Notes: generated from the letters alone by a model not told the origin. A stretch of DNA of 64,000 nt from Alphaproteobacteria bacterium (GCA_013389115.1 JACADY010000066.1:17775-81774); one strand, 5' to 3'; numbered from the stretch's first letter, positions 17,255-28,839 are shown. Numbers and translations: made by a program.

Positions 17255-17793
17255 TCCCCTTTGTCGGCCCCGCGATCGTGATGATCGCCGCGGCCATTCT
17301 CACCCATGTCATCGTTCTTTTCAGCATCCCTCATGTCATCATGGGCGCGGTGTTCGCGCGGACAGAGACGGCGGGCGCGGTCAATGCCATGGCGCATGGG
17401 CCGCGGGCGGACGAAAATTTCCGCGCCATCATCCGTCCCTCGCCGGATCTGCTCTATTCGATCTGCGTGTTCGATCTCAGCGAAAAGCCGCTGCACATCC
17501 AGGCGCCGGTGCCGAAGGACACGTACTGGTCGCTGTCGGTGTTCGCGGATAACAGCGACAATTTCTTCGCCGTCAATGACCGGCAGGTGCCGCTCGACAT
17601 CGCCGAGCTCATCGTCTCGGCGCCCGGCCAACGGGCGAAGACCGATTTGCCGCAGGTCACATCGCCAAGCGTGAAGGGGCTTGCGCTCGTGCGGGTGCTC
17701 GTCTCGGACGAAACCAAGCTCGAAGCGCTCGAAGCGCTACGGCGGCAATCGACCTGCGCGCCCTTCGAGGCGCCAGCTCCCGCGCCGGGGTGA
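17242..17793 (+). CDS. DUF1254 domain protein
   Basis: 183 aa with an N-terminal TM segment. ...SPDLLYSICVFDLSEKPLHIQAPVPKDTYWSLSVFADNSDNF... is typical of DUF1254. Confidence 0.7.
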   Translation: MQRLIPFVGPAIVMIAAAILTHVIVLFSIPHVIMGAVFARTETAGAVNAMAHGPRADENFRAIIRPSPDLLYSICVFDLSEKPLHIQAPVPKDTYWSLSVFADNSDNFFAVNDRQVPLDIAELIVSAPGQRAKTDLPQVTSPSVKGLALVRVLVSDETKLEALEALRRQSTCAPFEAPAPAPG

Positions 17794-17819
17794 GGATGAC
17801 GGATAAGGTGGATGGTCGG

Positions 17820-17900
17820 CCTTCGCGGGCCATGATGGTTGAAGGGACCCCTCACCCTTCGCGGGCCATGACGGTTGAAGGGACCCCTCACCCTTCGCGG
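17820..17900. repeat. 36-bp tandem repeat, 2.25 copies
   Basis: CCTTCGCGGGCCATGATGGTTGAAGGGACCCCTCAC at 17820-17855 recurs at 17856-17891 with one T/C difference. A 9-nt partial third copy occupies 17892-17900. Confidence 0.9.
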
Positions 17901-17943
17901 CTCGGCTTCGCCTCGCTCCTCAGGGTGAGGACAATACATAAGG

Positions 17944-18040
17944 CCTCGTCCTGAGGTGGCCGCCTTCGCGGCCCTCGAAGGATGAGGGACCTTGCCCCCC
18001 ACCCGAGCCTCCTCCTTTCAGGGGGAGGAGAAAAGAGGGT
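17944..18040. repeat. REP-like elements: inverted copy of the about 45-nt CCTCAC...GTGAGG element plus the GGGGGAGGAGAAAA hairpin element
   Basis: 17944-17988 is the reverse-oriented homologue of 12756-12800. 17991-18040 matches 12701-12751. Confidence 0.8.
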
Positions 18041-18130
18041 TCCACAACCTGCGCCGCCGCTTCGCGCCTCACTTTGCCGGCGGATGAAGATGCACTAGCT
18101 TCATCCCAGCCATTTCCGGGGGGACGATCC

Positions 18131-19135
18131 ATGCGTGCAATTCTTCTGATGCTGACGCTTCTGCTCGTGGGCAGTACGGCCCGCGGCGAAGAGGCGCGCG
18201 TCACCGTCACCTTCCTCACCGACTGGAAGGCGCAGGCCGAGCATGGCGGCTTCTACCAGGCGCTTGCCGAGGGGCGCTATGCCGCGCGCGGGCTCGATGT
18301 CCAGATCATCCAGGGCGGGCCCTCCATCAACATTCCCCAATTGATGGCGGCAGGCAGCGCGCAGTTCGGCATCGGCTCGAACAGTTTCATCCCGCTCAAT
18401 CTCGTCGAGGCGGGGGCGCCCGTCAAAGCCGTGGCGGCCATCTTCCAGAAGGACCCGCAAGTGCTCATCACCCATCCGCGCGCGGATGTGAACAGCATCG
18501 CCGACATGAAGGGCAAACCCATCATGGTGTCGGATGCGACGATCGGCGCGTTCTGGATCTGGCTGCGCGCGAAGTTCGGTTTCAGCGATGACCAGATCCG
18601 CAAGTACACGTTCAACCTTGCGCCCTTCCTCAGCGATGAAACGGCGATCCAGCAAGGCTATCTCTCAAGCGAGCCCTATCTCATCGAAAGGGAGGGCGGC
18701 TTTGAGCCGGAGGTCTATCTGCTCTCCGATGAAGGCTATCCCGGCTATGCCTGCTTCATCCTCGCCTCGCAGGCGATGATCACGGAGCACCCCGAAATCG
18801 TGCAGGCCTTCGTCGATGCCTCGATCGAGGGGTGGATGAGCTATCTCTATGGCGATCCCTCGCCCGCCAACGCGCTCATCCTGCGCGACAATCCGGAGAT
18901 GACAACGGACGTGATCGCGTCCGCGATCGCCAAGATGCACGAATACGGCATCGTTGATTCTGGCGACACGGCAGGGCTCGGGATCGGAGCCATGAGCGAT
19001 GCGCGGATGGAAGAGTTCTTCACCCTCATGGCGCAGAACGGCGTCTATCGGAGTGATCTTCCGTATACGGAGGGCTATACGCTCCAGTTCGTCAACAAGG
19101 GCGCCGGGCGGGCGATGGGACCCAAGGGTCCGTGA
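18131..19135 (+). CDS. ABC transporter substrate-binding protein (NMT1/THI5-like; nitrate/sulfonate/taurine type)
   Basis: Signal peptide MRAILLMLTLLLVGSTARG. ...TFLTDWKAQAEHGGFYQA... is typical of the NMT1-like SBP family. Start set at ATG 18131. Confidence 0.8.
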   Translation: MRAILLMLTLLLVGSTARGEEARVTVTFLTDWKAQAEHGGFYQALAEGRYAARGLDVQIIQGGPSINIPQLMAAGSAQFGIGSNSFIPLNLVEAGAPVKAVAAIFQKDPQVLITHPRADVNSIADMKGKPIMVSDATIGAFWIWLRAKFGFSDDQIRKYTFNLAPFLSDETAIQQGYLSSEPYLIEREGGFEPEVYLLSDEGYPGYACFILASQAMITEHPEIVQAFVDASIEGWMSYLYGDPSPANALILRDNPEMTTDVIASAIAKMHEYGIVDSGDTAGLGIGAMSDARMEEFFTLMAQNGVYRSDLPYTEGYTLQFVNKGAGRAMGPKGP

Positions 19136-19878
19136 GCATCATCGCCCGGCTCGAGGGCGCCTCCAAGGCATTCGAGGGCGGCATCCTCGCCCTCGATGGG
19201 CTCACGCTCTCCATCCCCGAGGGCGGGTTCGTCTCGCTGCTGGGGCCATCCGGCTGTGGCAAGAGCACGGCCTTGCGCCTGCTTGCCGGGCTGGAGGCGC
19301 CGAGCGCCGGCCGGCGCGAATGGCCCGGCGGCAAGCCGCAAATGGGCTTTGTTTTCCAGGACGCCACGCTGATGCCCTGGGCCTCTGTCTTCGACAACGT
19401 GGCCCTGCCCTTGCGGCTCTTGCGGCGCCCCATGGCGGCGGACGAGATCGCGGCCGCGCTGGAGCGCGTCGGCCTTGCGGCGTTCGCACGGGCGATGCCG
19501 CGCAGCCTGTCGGGCGGCATGCGGATGCGCGCCTCGCTCGCCCGTGCGCTCATCACACGGCCGCAACTGCTGCTGCTCGATGAGCCCTTCGCCGCGCTCG
19601 ATGAGCTGACGCGCGAGGATCTCAATGATGCGCTGCTTGCGCTCCACACGGCGCAGCGCTTCAGCGCCGTCTTCGTCACACACAGCGTCGGCGAGAGCGT
19701 CTATCTCTCGAACCGCATCATCGTCATGAGCCCGCGGCCCGGCCGCGTCATCGCCTCGTTCACGAACGATGATCCCCTGCCCCGTCCGCGCGGCTATCGC
19801 AGCAGCGCGGGGTTCGCGGCACGCTGCGGAGAGATTTCCTTTGCCCTGCGCGCCGGCATGAAGGAAGCGGTCGCATGA
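19132..19878 (+). CDS. ABC transporter ATP-binding protein
   Basis: Walker A GPSGCGKST, signature LSGGMRMR, Walker B LLLLDEP. GTG start overlaps the SBP stop. Confidence 0.9.
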   Translation: MSIIARLEGASKAFEGGILALDGLTLSIPEGGFVSLLGPSGCGKSTALRLLAGLEAPSAGRREWPGGKPQMGFVFQDATLMPWASVFDNVALPLRLLRRPMAADEIAAALERVGLAAFARAMPRSLSGGMRMRASLARALITRPQLLLLDEPFAALDELTREDLNDALLALHTAQRFSAVFVTHSVGESVYLSNRIIVMSPRPGRVIASFTNDDPLPRPRGYRSSAGFAARCGEISFALRAGMKEAVA

Positions 19879-20663
19879 AGCGCGCCTTCAGCCTCTTTTT
19901 GCCGCTGATCGTCGCTGCGCTTTTCCTCGGCCTCTGGGAAGGCGCGGTTACCGCCTTCGCGATCAAGCCCTTTGTGCTGCCCGCGCCGTCCGCCATCGGC
20001 CTTGCCCTCTGGCGCGATGCGGGCTCGCTCGGCCTCTCCGCACTCGTGACGCTGCGCATTACTGTCATTGCCTTTGCGCTCGCGCTCGTCATGGGGGTCG
20101 GGCTTGCCGTGCTCTTCGCGCAGAGCCGCCTTATCGCGCGATCACTCTATCCTTACGCCGTCGCGCTGCAGGTGACGCCCGTCGTTGCGATCGCGCCGCT
20201 CATCCTCATCTGGGTGGGGCTTGAGCATGCCCAGCGCGCGCTGCTCATTCTTGCGACCATCGTTGCCTTCTTCCCCATTCTTTCCAACACGACACTGGGG
20301 CTCAAATCCGCCGATCCCAATCTCGTGGCTCTCTTCGATCTCTATGGGGCGGGGCGATGGCAAAAGCTCTGGCGGCTGCAATTGCCGAGCGCGCTGCCCT
20401 TCATTCTTGCTGGCGCGAAGGTCGCGGGCGGACTTGCGCTTATCGGCACGGTCGTCGCCGAGTTCGTCGCGGGCAGCGGGACCTCGGCGGGGCTTGCCTG
20501 GCGGATCATCGAGGCGGGCAACCGGCTGCAGGTGCCCAAGATGTTCGCCGCGCTTTTTGTGCTCTCGGCATTGGGTCTTGCCATCTTCGCCGTTCTGTCA
20601 TGGATCGAGTGGCTGGCCTTGCGCGGTTGGCACGAAAGCACGCTTGACAGGCGGGAGGGGTGA
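19875..20663 (+). CDS. ABC transporter permease
   Basis: 262 aa, multi-TM. 4-nt overlap with the ATPase gene. Confidence 0.85.
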   Translation: MKRAFSLFLPLIVAALFLGLWEGAVTAFAIKPFVLPAPSAIGLALWRDAGSLGLSALVTLRITVIAFALALVMGVGLAVLFAQSRLIARSLYPYAVALQVTPVVAIAPLILIWVGLEHAQRALLILATIVAFFPILSNTTLGLKSADPNLVALFDLYGAGRWQKLWRLQLPSALPFILAGAKVAGGLALIGTVVAEFVAGSGTSAGLAWRIIEAGNRLQVPKMFAALFVLSALGLAIFAVLSWIEWLALRGWHESTLDRREG

Positions 20664-20763
20664 AGGGCGGGCGCTCTTTGCTGGCGGATGCCCTCACCCT
20701 TCGGGGTCCTGCGAAGGAAGAGGCGGCTTGGCAAGCGGCGCCAAGCCCGGCATCATTCGCGGC

Positions 20764-21306
20764 ATGACCGATGCCGCCTCCGCCATGCCGGCCACGCCTG
20801 CGCCCTCCTTGCGCCAAGGATTGCGCGGGCCTGCCTATGCCGCGATGTGGCTGCTGCTCTGCCTTTCGATGGGGCTTATCCTTGCGGGGATCGTACTGCC
20901 CTCGCTCTATGTCGAGCAATACTGGATGCTGAGCGGCGAAATCGCGATCATCGATGGCATCGGCTCGTTCTTTGCCCGCGGGGAGACATTCCTTGGCGGC
21001 GTGCTCGTGATGGTGACGATCGTCTTTCCCCTGCTGAAGGTCGCAACGGGCGTCATCCTGCTGCATGTGGCGCCGCCCGTGCCGCGCGCGATGGGAGCAC
21101 TTCTGGGCGTCCTGCTTTGGCTCTCCAAGTGGTCGCTCACCGATGTCTTCATTTTCGCGTTCATCATCCTCGTTCTCAATCAACAGCTTGTGAGCGAAGC
21201 CCAGTTGCGCGAAGGCGCCTATGTCTTCGCGCTGGGGATCGCGCTTTCGACGCTTGCGGTCTTCCTGTTGCGGATGATTGTGCGGCGCGGCGCAGAAAAT
21301 CATTGA
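20764..21306 (+). CDS. Paraquat-inducible protein A (PqiA)-like membrane protein
   Basis: Start set at ATG 20764 (MTDAASAMP...). Four hydrophobic segments. ...LSKWSLTDVFIFAFIILVL... resembles the PqiA family. The upstream part of the track ORF overlaps the permease. Confidence 0.55.
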   Translation: MTDAASAMPATPAPSLRQGLRGPAYAAMWLLLCLSMGLILAGIVLPSLYVEQYWMLSGEIAIIDGIGSFFARGETFLGGVLVMVTIVFPLLKVATGVILLHVAPPVPRAMGALLGVLLWLSKWSLTDVFIFAFIILVLNQQLVSEAQLREGAYVFALGIALSTLAVFLLRMIVRRGAENH

Positions 21307-21380
21307 CCCCCGTGTCATGACTCCTTAAACGACGCAGCCTTATTTCTTAGCTTCCGGCCCGAAAAGGTGCTTCGACAGAG

Positions 21381-22595
21381 ATGGTCAAGGTGGTGCGGCG
21401 TCTTCCTTCGCCTCGGGGGGCAGCCCTTCTGCCGCAGTTCACCAGCATCGGCGCGCTGATCGGCGCGCTGCGGCCGGCCGCGCCTGTCTATGCGCTCTTC
21501 CCAAATCGCTTCCAGCGCGCGGCCGCCACATTCCTTACCGGGTTTCCAGGCGAGACCATGTATGCGGTGAAGGCGAATCCGGCGCCGGCCGTGCTCGACC
21601 ACCTGCATCAGGCGGGCATCCGCCATTTCGATACTGCGTCCTTGCGCGAGGTTGAGCTCATCAAGCGGCGCTATCCCGGCGCGACGTGCTATTTCATGGC
21701 GCCGGTGCGGCCCTATGGCGCCGCGGGGGCGGCGTTCCATCACTACGGCCTACGCGACTTCGCGCTCGACAGCGAGGAGGAACTCTCCCGCGTGCTTGAG
21801 GAGACGGGGCTCAAGGGAACGCCGCGGGCGCGGGAGCTGACGCTCTATGTGCGCCTCGCCGCACCCAGCGACGGCGCCGCGATCGAGCTGTCGAGCAAGT
21901 TCGGTACGACGGTCGCGGAAGGCGCCGATCTCCTCAAGCGCATCGCGGCGGAAGGGGCGACGCCCGCGCTCACCTTCCATGTCGGCTCGCTGTGCCTCAA
22001 GCCGGCGGCGTTCGAAAAGGCGCTGGCGCTCTGCGCGGAGACGATCCGGCAATCGGGCGTCAGCATCGCGGCGATCGATGTTGGCGGCGGCTTCCCCGCG
22101 CCCTATCCGGGGCAGGCCATGCCGCCGATGGGCGAGTTCTTCGCCGCCATCGCCAGCATGCGCAGCCGCCTGCCTGTCGCTGAGGATTGCCACCTGCGCT
22201 GTGAGCCGGGGCGCGCGCTCGTTGCAGAGGGCATGTCAGTCATCACCCAGGTGATGCTGCGGCGCGAGCGCGAGCTTTATCTCAATGACGGCATCTATGG
22301 CAGCCTCGATGAGCTCAGCCTGCCCAATTGGAACGTCGATTATCCGCTCGATGTCTATGCCGCGCAGGGCGAAGGCGACCCGCAGCAGCGGGAGGCGAAG
22401 CGCGTGCCCTTCCTCGCCTGGGGGCCGACCTGCGACACGCTCGACAAGCTGCCCCGGCCCTTGATGCTGCCTGAGGATATCGCAACCGGGGATTGGGTCG
22501 TCTTTGGCATGATGGGCGCCTATTCCTGCGCGCTTCGAACCGGGTTCAACGGATTTTACCCCGACCAGTTCGCGGACGTGATTGAGGGCGCGTAA
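21381..22595 (+). CDS. Type III PLP-dependent decarboxylase (ornithine/lysine decarboxylase-like)
   Basis: PLP-lysine motif YAVKANP, GGGF motif (DVGGGFP), C-terminal ...CDTLD.... Start uncertain. Confidence 0.85.
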   Translation: MVKVVRRLPSPRGAALLPQFTSIGALIGALRPAAPVYALFPNRFQRAAATFLTGFPGETMYAVKANPAPAVLDHLHQAGIRHFDTASLREVELIKRRYPGATCYFMAPVRPYGAAGAAFHHYGLRDFALDSEEELSRVLEETGLKGTPRARELTLYVRLAAPSDGAAIELSSKFGTTVAEGADLLKRIAAEGATPALTFHVGSLCLKPAAFEKALALCAETIRQSGVSIAAIDVGGGFPAPYPGQAMPPMGEFFAAIASMRSRLPVAEDCHLRCEPGRALVAEGMSVITQVMLRRERELYLNDGIYGSLDELSLPNWNVDYPLDVYAAQGEGDPQQREAKRVPFLAWGPTCDTLDKLPRPLMLPEDIATGDWVVFGMMGAYSCALRTGFNGFYPDQFADVIEGA

Positions 22596-22672
22596 ACCCT
22601 GTTGCGCTGATCCTTTGTTAACCGCTGGCAGGCACTCTCGATGCGGATCAGCACATTCGCAACTGGGATTTC

Positions 22673-23785
22673 ATGACCGCCCCTGGCAGCCATCTTAACC
22701 GCTTGATCGAACTGGCGCGGGAGCCATCGAGCGACAAGCGGCGCGAGCTCCTGCGCGACCTCACCGACCTCTTCATCGCGGAAGAGGATCAATATACAAG
22801 CCAGGAATCGGAGCATTTCGGCGCGATCATGGGCAAGGTCGCCGTGGACATGGACCTTGCGGTCCGTCAGCGCCTTGCGGATAAGCTGGCGGATGCGAAG
22901 GCGGCGCCGCACCAGCTCATCATGCAGCTCGCCCAGGATGCGATCGAGGTTGCCAAGCCCATCTTGATGCGCAGCCTTGCCCTTCAGGAAGAGGACCTCG
23001 TCACTCTCGCCAAGAGCCGGGGGCAGGACCATCTCAAGGTCATCTCCACGCGCCCCCATGTGCCAGAAGCGGTGACGGACATCCTCGTTGCGCGCGGCGA
23101 TGACAGCGTGCTCGAAGCGCTTGTCAGCAACGATACGGCCAGGATCTCGCGCCAGGGCATGGAACGGGTGGTCGTGCGCGCCGAGCGCAATCCGCGCCTC
23201 CATGCGCCCGTCAGCGCGCGCAAGGATCTGCCGCCCGATCTTCTCAATGAGATGTATTTCTTCGTCTCCTCGAGCCTCAAGAAGGCGATTCTCGAGCGGA
23301 TGGCGAATATCGACCCCAAGGAAATCGACAAGGCCCTGTCGCAATCAGGCTTGCGCGCCGTTGAAGGCGCGTTGCCGGCCAGCACCGGCCTTTCGCCTGC
23401 TGAGAAATACATCCTGCAGAAGTCGCGCGATAAGCAGCTCAACGAGGCGCTGCTCCTGCAATTGCTGCGCAGCCGGCAGACGGCCGAGTTTCTGCTCGGC
23501 TTTGCGCGCCTGACAGAGCTTGACCCCAAGACGGCACAGCGCGTGCTTTCCGATCACACGGCGGAATCGCTCGCGATCGCCTGCAAGGCCTCGCGCTTCG
23601 ACCGCTCGACGTTCTCAACCTTCGTCCTGCTTGCCAATCCCACCCGCACGCGCACGGCACAGGAGACCTCGGACCTGCTTGCGCTCTATGACAAGGTGCC
23701 GGCCGAATCGGCACAGCGCGTCATGCGGTTCTGGAAGGTGCGCCGCCAGGCGCTGCAGCAAGGCGCGCAGGCAGCGAGCGCCTGA
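22673..23785 (+). CDS. DUF2336 domain protein (paralog 1)
   Basis: 370 aa, helical-repeat character. ...DAIEVAKPILMRSLALQEEDLVTLA... is paralogous to 33608-34675. Confidence 0.7.
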   Translation: MTAPGSHLNRLIELAREPSSDKRRELLRDLTDLFIAEEDQYTSQESEHFGAIMGKVAVDMDLAVRQRLADKLADAKAAPHQLIMQLAQDAIEVAKPILMRSLALQEEDLVTLAKSRGQDHLKVISTRPHVPEAVTDILVARGDDSVLEALVSNDTARISRQGMERVVVRAERNPRLHAPVSARKDLPPDLLNEMYFFVSSSLKKAILERMANIDPKEIDKALSQSGLRAVEGALPASTGLSPAEKYILQKSRDKQLNEALLLQLLRSRQTAEFLLGFARLTELDPKTAQRVLSDHTAESLAIACKASRFDRSTFSTFVLLANPTRTRTAQETSDLLALYDKVPAESAQRVMRFWKVRRQALQQGAQAASA

Positions 23786-23823
23786 GCGCCGCATCGCTTG
23801 ATGGTGACGAGGGCGTGACAGCA

Positions 23824-23858
23824 GCCGCGAAGGCTCGCACCTCTGGGTGAGTTTTTTT
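23824..23858. repeat. Truncated REP-like copy followed by T7
   Basis: GCCGCGAAGGCTCGCACCTCTGGGTGAG + TTTTTTT matches the right half of 12771-12807. It lies between convergent genes and may help termination, but its own stem is weak. Confidence 0.6.
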
Positions 23859-23927
23859 GCATTGGACCTCATCCCGAGGCGGCTGCCCCGGCGAGGACGC
23901 CCTCGCCAAAGCCCGCGAAAACATCAC

Positions 23928-25520
23928 TCAACTCCGCTCGCGGGTCTTGTTGAAGCGCACGCGCGGGTGCTTCTCGCCCACATAGCCCAGTTCCCAATTG
24001 CTCTTGGCGAGAAAGACGGGCGCGCCGTCGCGGTCCTCGGCCATCTGGCCGCCCTGGGCGCTCATGAAGGCGTCGAGGTCCGCATGGCTGTCGGCGGCGA
24101 TCCAGCGCGCGGTTTCGTATGGCGAGGGCTCCAGCAGCACATCGAGTTCGTATTCGGCGGCGATCCGGCTTTGCAGCACGTCGAGCTGAAGCTGGCCGAC
24201 CACGCCCACGATCCAGGCGGCCGAGCCGAGGCGCGGCTTGAACACCTGAACGACGCCCTCCTCGGCCAGGCTTTCGAGCGCGCGGCCCAGATGCTTGGCC
24301 TTCATCGGATCCCGCGGGCGCACGCGGCGCAGGATTTCGGGCGCGAAATTCGGGATGCCGGTGAAGACGATGTCCTCACCCTCGGTCAGCGTGTCGCCGA
24401 CGCGCAGCACGCCGTGATTGGGAATGCCGATGATGTCGCCGGGCCAGGCCTCATCCACCAATTCGCGCTCCTGGGCGAAGAAGAGGATCGGGTTGTGCAC
24501 ACCCAGCACCTTGCCGGTGCCCGACTGGCGCAGCTTCATGCCGCGCCTGAACCGGCCTGAACAGATGCGCATGAAGGCGACGCGATCGCGGTGGTTGGGG
24601 TCCATGTTCGCCTGAACCTTGAAGACAAAGCCCGTGACCTTGGCTTCGGCCGGCTCGACCTTGCGGCTTGCGCTCATCTGCTCGTGAGGCGGCGGCGCGA
24701 AGGCGGCGATGGCGCGCAGCAGCTCGGAGACGCCGAAATCCTTCAGTGCACTGCCGAAAAAGACTGGCGTCATGTGACCGGCACGATAGGCCTCAAGATC
24801 GAAGGCGGGACAGGCGCCTTGCGCCAGCTCCAGATCCTCGCGCAGCTTGGCGAGGTCCGCGGCCGGCACGAGCCCGGCTATCTCATCGCCTTTCAGCGGA
24901 ACGGGGGCCTTCGCCACGCCCTCGCGCGCGAAGGGCACGAAGCGGTCGTTCACAAGATCGGCGATGCCGCGGAAATTGAGGCCCATGTTGACGGGCCAGG
25001 CAAGCGGCGTCGGATCGAGCGCCAACTTGCGCGCGATCTCGTCCATCAGCTCGAAGGCGTCCTGCGCCTCGCGGTCCATCTTGTTGATGAAGGTGATGAT
25101 GGGAATGTCGCGCAGGCGGCAGACCTCGAACAGCTTGAGCGTCTGCGCCTCGATGCCCCTTGCGGCGTCGAGCACCATGACCGCGCTGTCGGCGGCGGTG
25201 AGGGTGCGATAGGTGTCTTCCGAGAAGTCCTGGTGACCGGGCGTGTCGAGCAGGTTGAAGGTCACGCCCTCAAAGCCGAAGGTCATCACCGCGGTCGTGA
25301 CCGAGATGCCGCGCTGCTGCTCGATCTTCATCCAGTCGGAGCGAGCGCGGCGGCGGTCGCCCTTGGCCTTCACTTCACCGGCAAGGTGAATGGCGCCGCC
25401 CTTCAAGAGCAGATGCTCGGTCAGCGTCGTCTTGCCGGCGTCGGGATGCGATATGATCGCGAAGGTGCGCCGCTTCGATGCCATATGGCCGGGCGAAAGC
25501 TCGTCGGGAGCCTGGGACAT
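23928..25520 (-). CDS. prfC: Peptide chain release factor 3
   Basis: 530 aa translational GTPase: AIISHPDAGKTTLTE, DTPGHQDF, NKMD. Overall RF3-like layout. Confidence 0.92.
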   Translation of the reverse strand: MSQAPDELSPGHMASKRRTFAIISHPDAGKTTLTEHLLLKGGAIHLAGEVKAKGDRRRARSDWMKIEQQRGISVTTAVMTFGFEGVTFNLLDTPGHQDFSEDTYRTLTAADSAVMVLDAARGIEAQTLKLFEVCRLRDIPIITFINKMDREAQDAFELMDEIARKLALDPTPLAWPVNMGLNFRGIADLVNDRFVPFAREGVAKAPVPLKGDEIAGLVPAADLAKLREDLELAQGACPAFDLEAYRAGHMTPVFFGSALKDFGVSELLRAIAAFAPPPHEQMSASRKVEPAEAKVTGFVFKVQANMDPNHRDRVAFMRICSGRFRRGMKLRQSGTGKVLGVHNPILFFAQERELVDEAWPGDIIGIPNHGVLRVGDTLTEGEDIVFTGIPNFAPEILRRVRPRDPMKAKHLGRALESLAEEGVVQVFKPRLGSAAWIVGVVGQLQLDVLQSRIAAEYELDVLLEPSPYETARWIAADSHADLDAFMSAQGGQMAEDRDGAPVFLAKSNWELGYVGEKHPRVRFNKTRERS

Positions 25521-25562
25521 GGTGGGCGCAACTCCTTCGGGGACAGCAGAAGAGCCGCGGGT

Positions 25563-25934
25563 TTAGCGTAAGGCGCCGCCGGGGGGAAGGCTCGTGTCGG
25601 CGATGGGATCACCGAGAAAGGCGCGCCGCGCGCGGTCCTCGATTTCGATCACCCAGAGATCGGGGTCGCGGGAGAGACGCCGCGCGATGGCGGCCTCGGC
25701 ATCGGCCTCCTTGACCGGGGCGGGGCCCGTGACCCTTAACCACACGCGGGCGCCCTTCGCGTCCGTTGCGCGGGCGAGCACCTCAAATCCGCCGGCGAGA
25801 TCGTTCAGCTTCAAGAGAATGTCGCCGGCATCCGGATCGCCCTTGCGCACAACCACCGCATAGGCCCCCGCCACCATGCAGATGCGGATATGCGCCTTCA
25901 CCCAGATCTCCGATTTGAGCCGGGGCTCGGACAT
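25563..25934 (-). CDS. DUF1491 family protein
   Basis: 123 aa, LKSEIWVKAHIRICMVAGAYAVVVRKGDPDAGDILLKL... typical of DUF1491. Confidence 0.7.
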   Translation of the reverse strand: MSEPRLKSEIWVKAHIRICMVAGAYAVVVRKGDPDAGDILLKLNDLAGGFEVLARATDAKGARVWLRVTGPAPVKEADAEAAIARRLSRDPDLWVIEIEDRARRAFLGDPIADTSLPPGGALR

Positions 25935-25940
25935 CGCGCG

Positions 25941-27656
<1,716 letters not shown>

Positions 27657-27831
27657 CTCATCAGGCGGGAGATTGGATCAGGCGCCCGCGCGGCGTCATG
27701 CTCTGGTCACATCATTAATGAAGAGTGAATCCAATGCTTCGCCTTGAAGCTCGTGCGTTTGTATGATCCTAACCGTGATGCGTTAGCGTTCGCACGCTGT
27801 CTCATTCCATTCATCCCGCGAGATTTCGCCC

Positions 27832-28839
27832 ATGACGTTCACCGGACGGTTCCTTGCCCTGGGCCTTACCCTTTGCGCGGCCAGCCTTGGCGCCTGCGAA
27901 ACGATGAGCCTGGGGTCCGAGGCGCCCGCGCCCATGCCCGCCGTCGCCGCAGCTTCCGTTCCCGCCGCACCGCCGCCGGTGTTCGATGCGGCGCTCGCGG
28001 CCGAAGTGGCCAGCGTCACGCCCATTCCCTCGCCGCGCCGGCGGGCGAAAAATGCACCCTCGCCCTCCAGCCAGCCGGAAGCCGCGATCCCCTCCTCCAG
28101 CAAGGGCTCGCTGGCGCGCTATGCCGCCTATCAGAAGACGGCGGGCGAGCTGACGCGGCAATCCTATCCCTCGGCGAAGAGCCTCAATGCGGCGACCGGA
28201 AAACTGAACGGCTTCAAGCCGGAGGAGCTTGCGGAAGGCTGGATGCTGCGCAACGCCGCCGCGGCGGCGGGCGTCGCGACCTTCAGGGACGGCGTCAAGC
28301 AGGCGGCGGAGGCCGAGGGCCGCGAGGCCTTTCTGCAATCGATCGCTCGCAACCCGGAGCGCCTGCGCACGCTGCCGGGCGGCGAAGACGCGGTCAAGGC
28401 TGTCTATACGGCGATCCGGGTCGATGTGACGGCCTTACGCGAGATGGGCGCGACGTTCCGCCAGACCTGGCTGCGCATGCAGCGCAAGGCAAGCCTTGAG
28501 ATCTCCCGCCCCGTTTCGGCCGTTTGCGGCTCTGGCGCGCTCGCCATTGGCGGCTCGGTTCTTCCCTTCGAGGTCGGGCCGCAGCAAAAGGCCGCGCTCA
28601 TCGACCGCACGCTGGCGCTCGCGGCGGGGAGCGTGCTTGGCGCAAGCGAGGGGCCGCAGGCGCGTTTCGCGCGCGATGCCACGGTGTCGCAGTGCGTGCG
28701 CTTTGCCCGCCTCAACCTGCGCCAATGCCTTGCCGCCAAGCACGGCGCCGCAGAAGCTGCGTTCTGCCTTGACCGGCATGGTGCGGAGGAAATGGCAGGC
28801 TGCCTCGAATGGGTGCTGCCGGGTGTGAAGACGCCCTAA
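27832..28839 (+). CDS. Hypothetical lipoprotein
   Basis: Lipobox LGAC after a signal peptide (MTFTGRFLALGLTLCAASLGAC), then a Pro/Ala-rich linker. No family recognised. Confidence 0.6.
   Translation: MTFTGRFLALGLTLCAASLGACETMSLGSEAPAPMPAVAAASVPAAPPPVFDAALAAEVASVTPIPSPRRRAKNAPSPSSQPEAAIPSSSKGSLARYAAYQKTAGELTRQSYPSAKSLNAATGKLNGFKPEELAEGWMLRNAAAAAGVATFRDGVKQAAEAEGREAFLQSIARNPERLRTLPGGEDAVKAVYTAIRVDVTALREMGATFRQTWLRMQRKASLEISRPVSAVCGSGALAIGGSVLPFEVGPQQKAALIDRTLALAAGSVLGASEGPQARFARDATVSQCVRFARLNLRQCLAAKHGAAEAAFCLDRHGAEEMAGCLEWVLPGVKTP

Noticed and set aside
17820-17900. Could the 36-bp direct repeats be a CRISPR array?
   Set aside because: The copies are directly tandem with no spacers, there are only 2.25 units, and no cas genes are present. 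The sequence belongs to the REP-like repeat families.
17794-18130. Riboswitch (for example TPP) upstream of the NMT1/THI5-like ABC transporter. Also a Mn2+ (yybP-ykoY) riboswitch upstream of the UPF0016 gene at 46423-46526.
   Set aside because: I could not find the conserved core motifs of either class by eye. The first region is fully explained by REP-like repeats and the second is only 104 bp, shared with a divergent gene. A covariance-model scan (Rfam/Infernal) would be the decisive test.
23824-23858. Bidirectional intrinsic terminator between DUF2336 and prfC.
   Set aside because: A T7 run is present, but the preceding sequence is a truncated REP copy whose own stem is only about 4 bp. 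It is kept as a repeat, with terminator function unproven.
27715-27729. CtrA-box-like TTAA-N7-TGAA upstream of the histidine kinase, and TTAA-N7-TCAA at 29059-29073 upstream of the DUF5330-like gene.
   Set aside because: Each has a mismatch in the second half-site. Such near-matches are expected by chance in the AT-richer spacers. No full TTAA-N7-TTAA was seen, including in the GTA promoter region 14379-14529.
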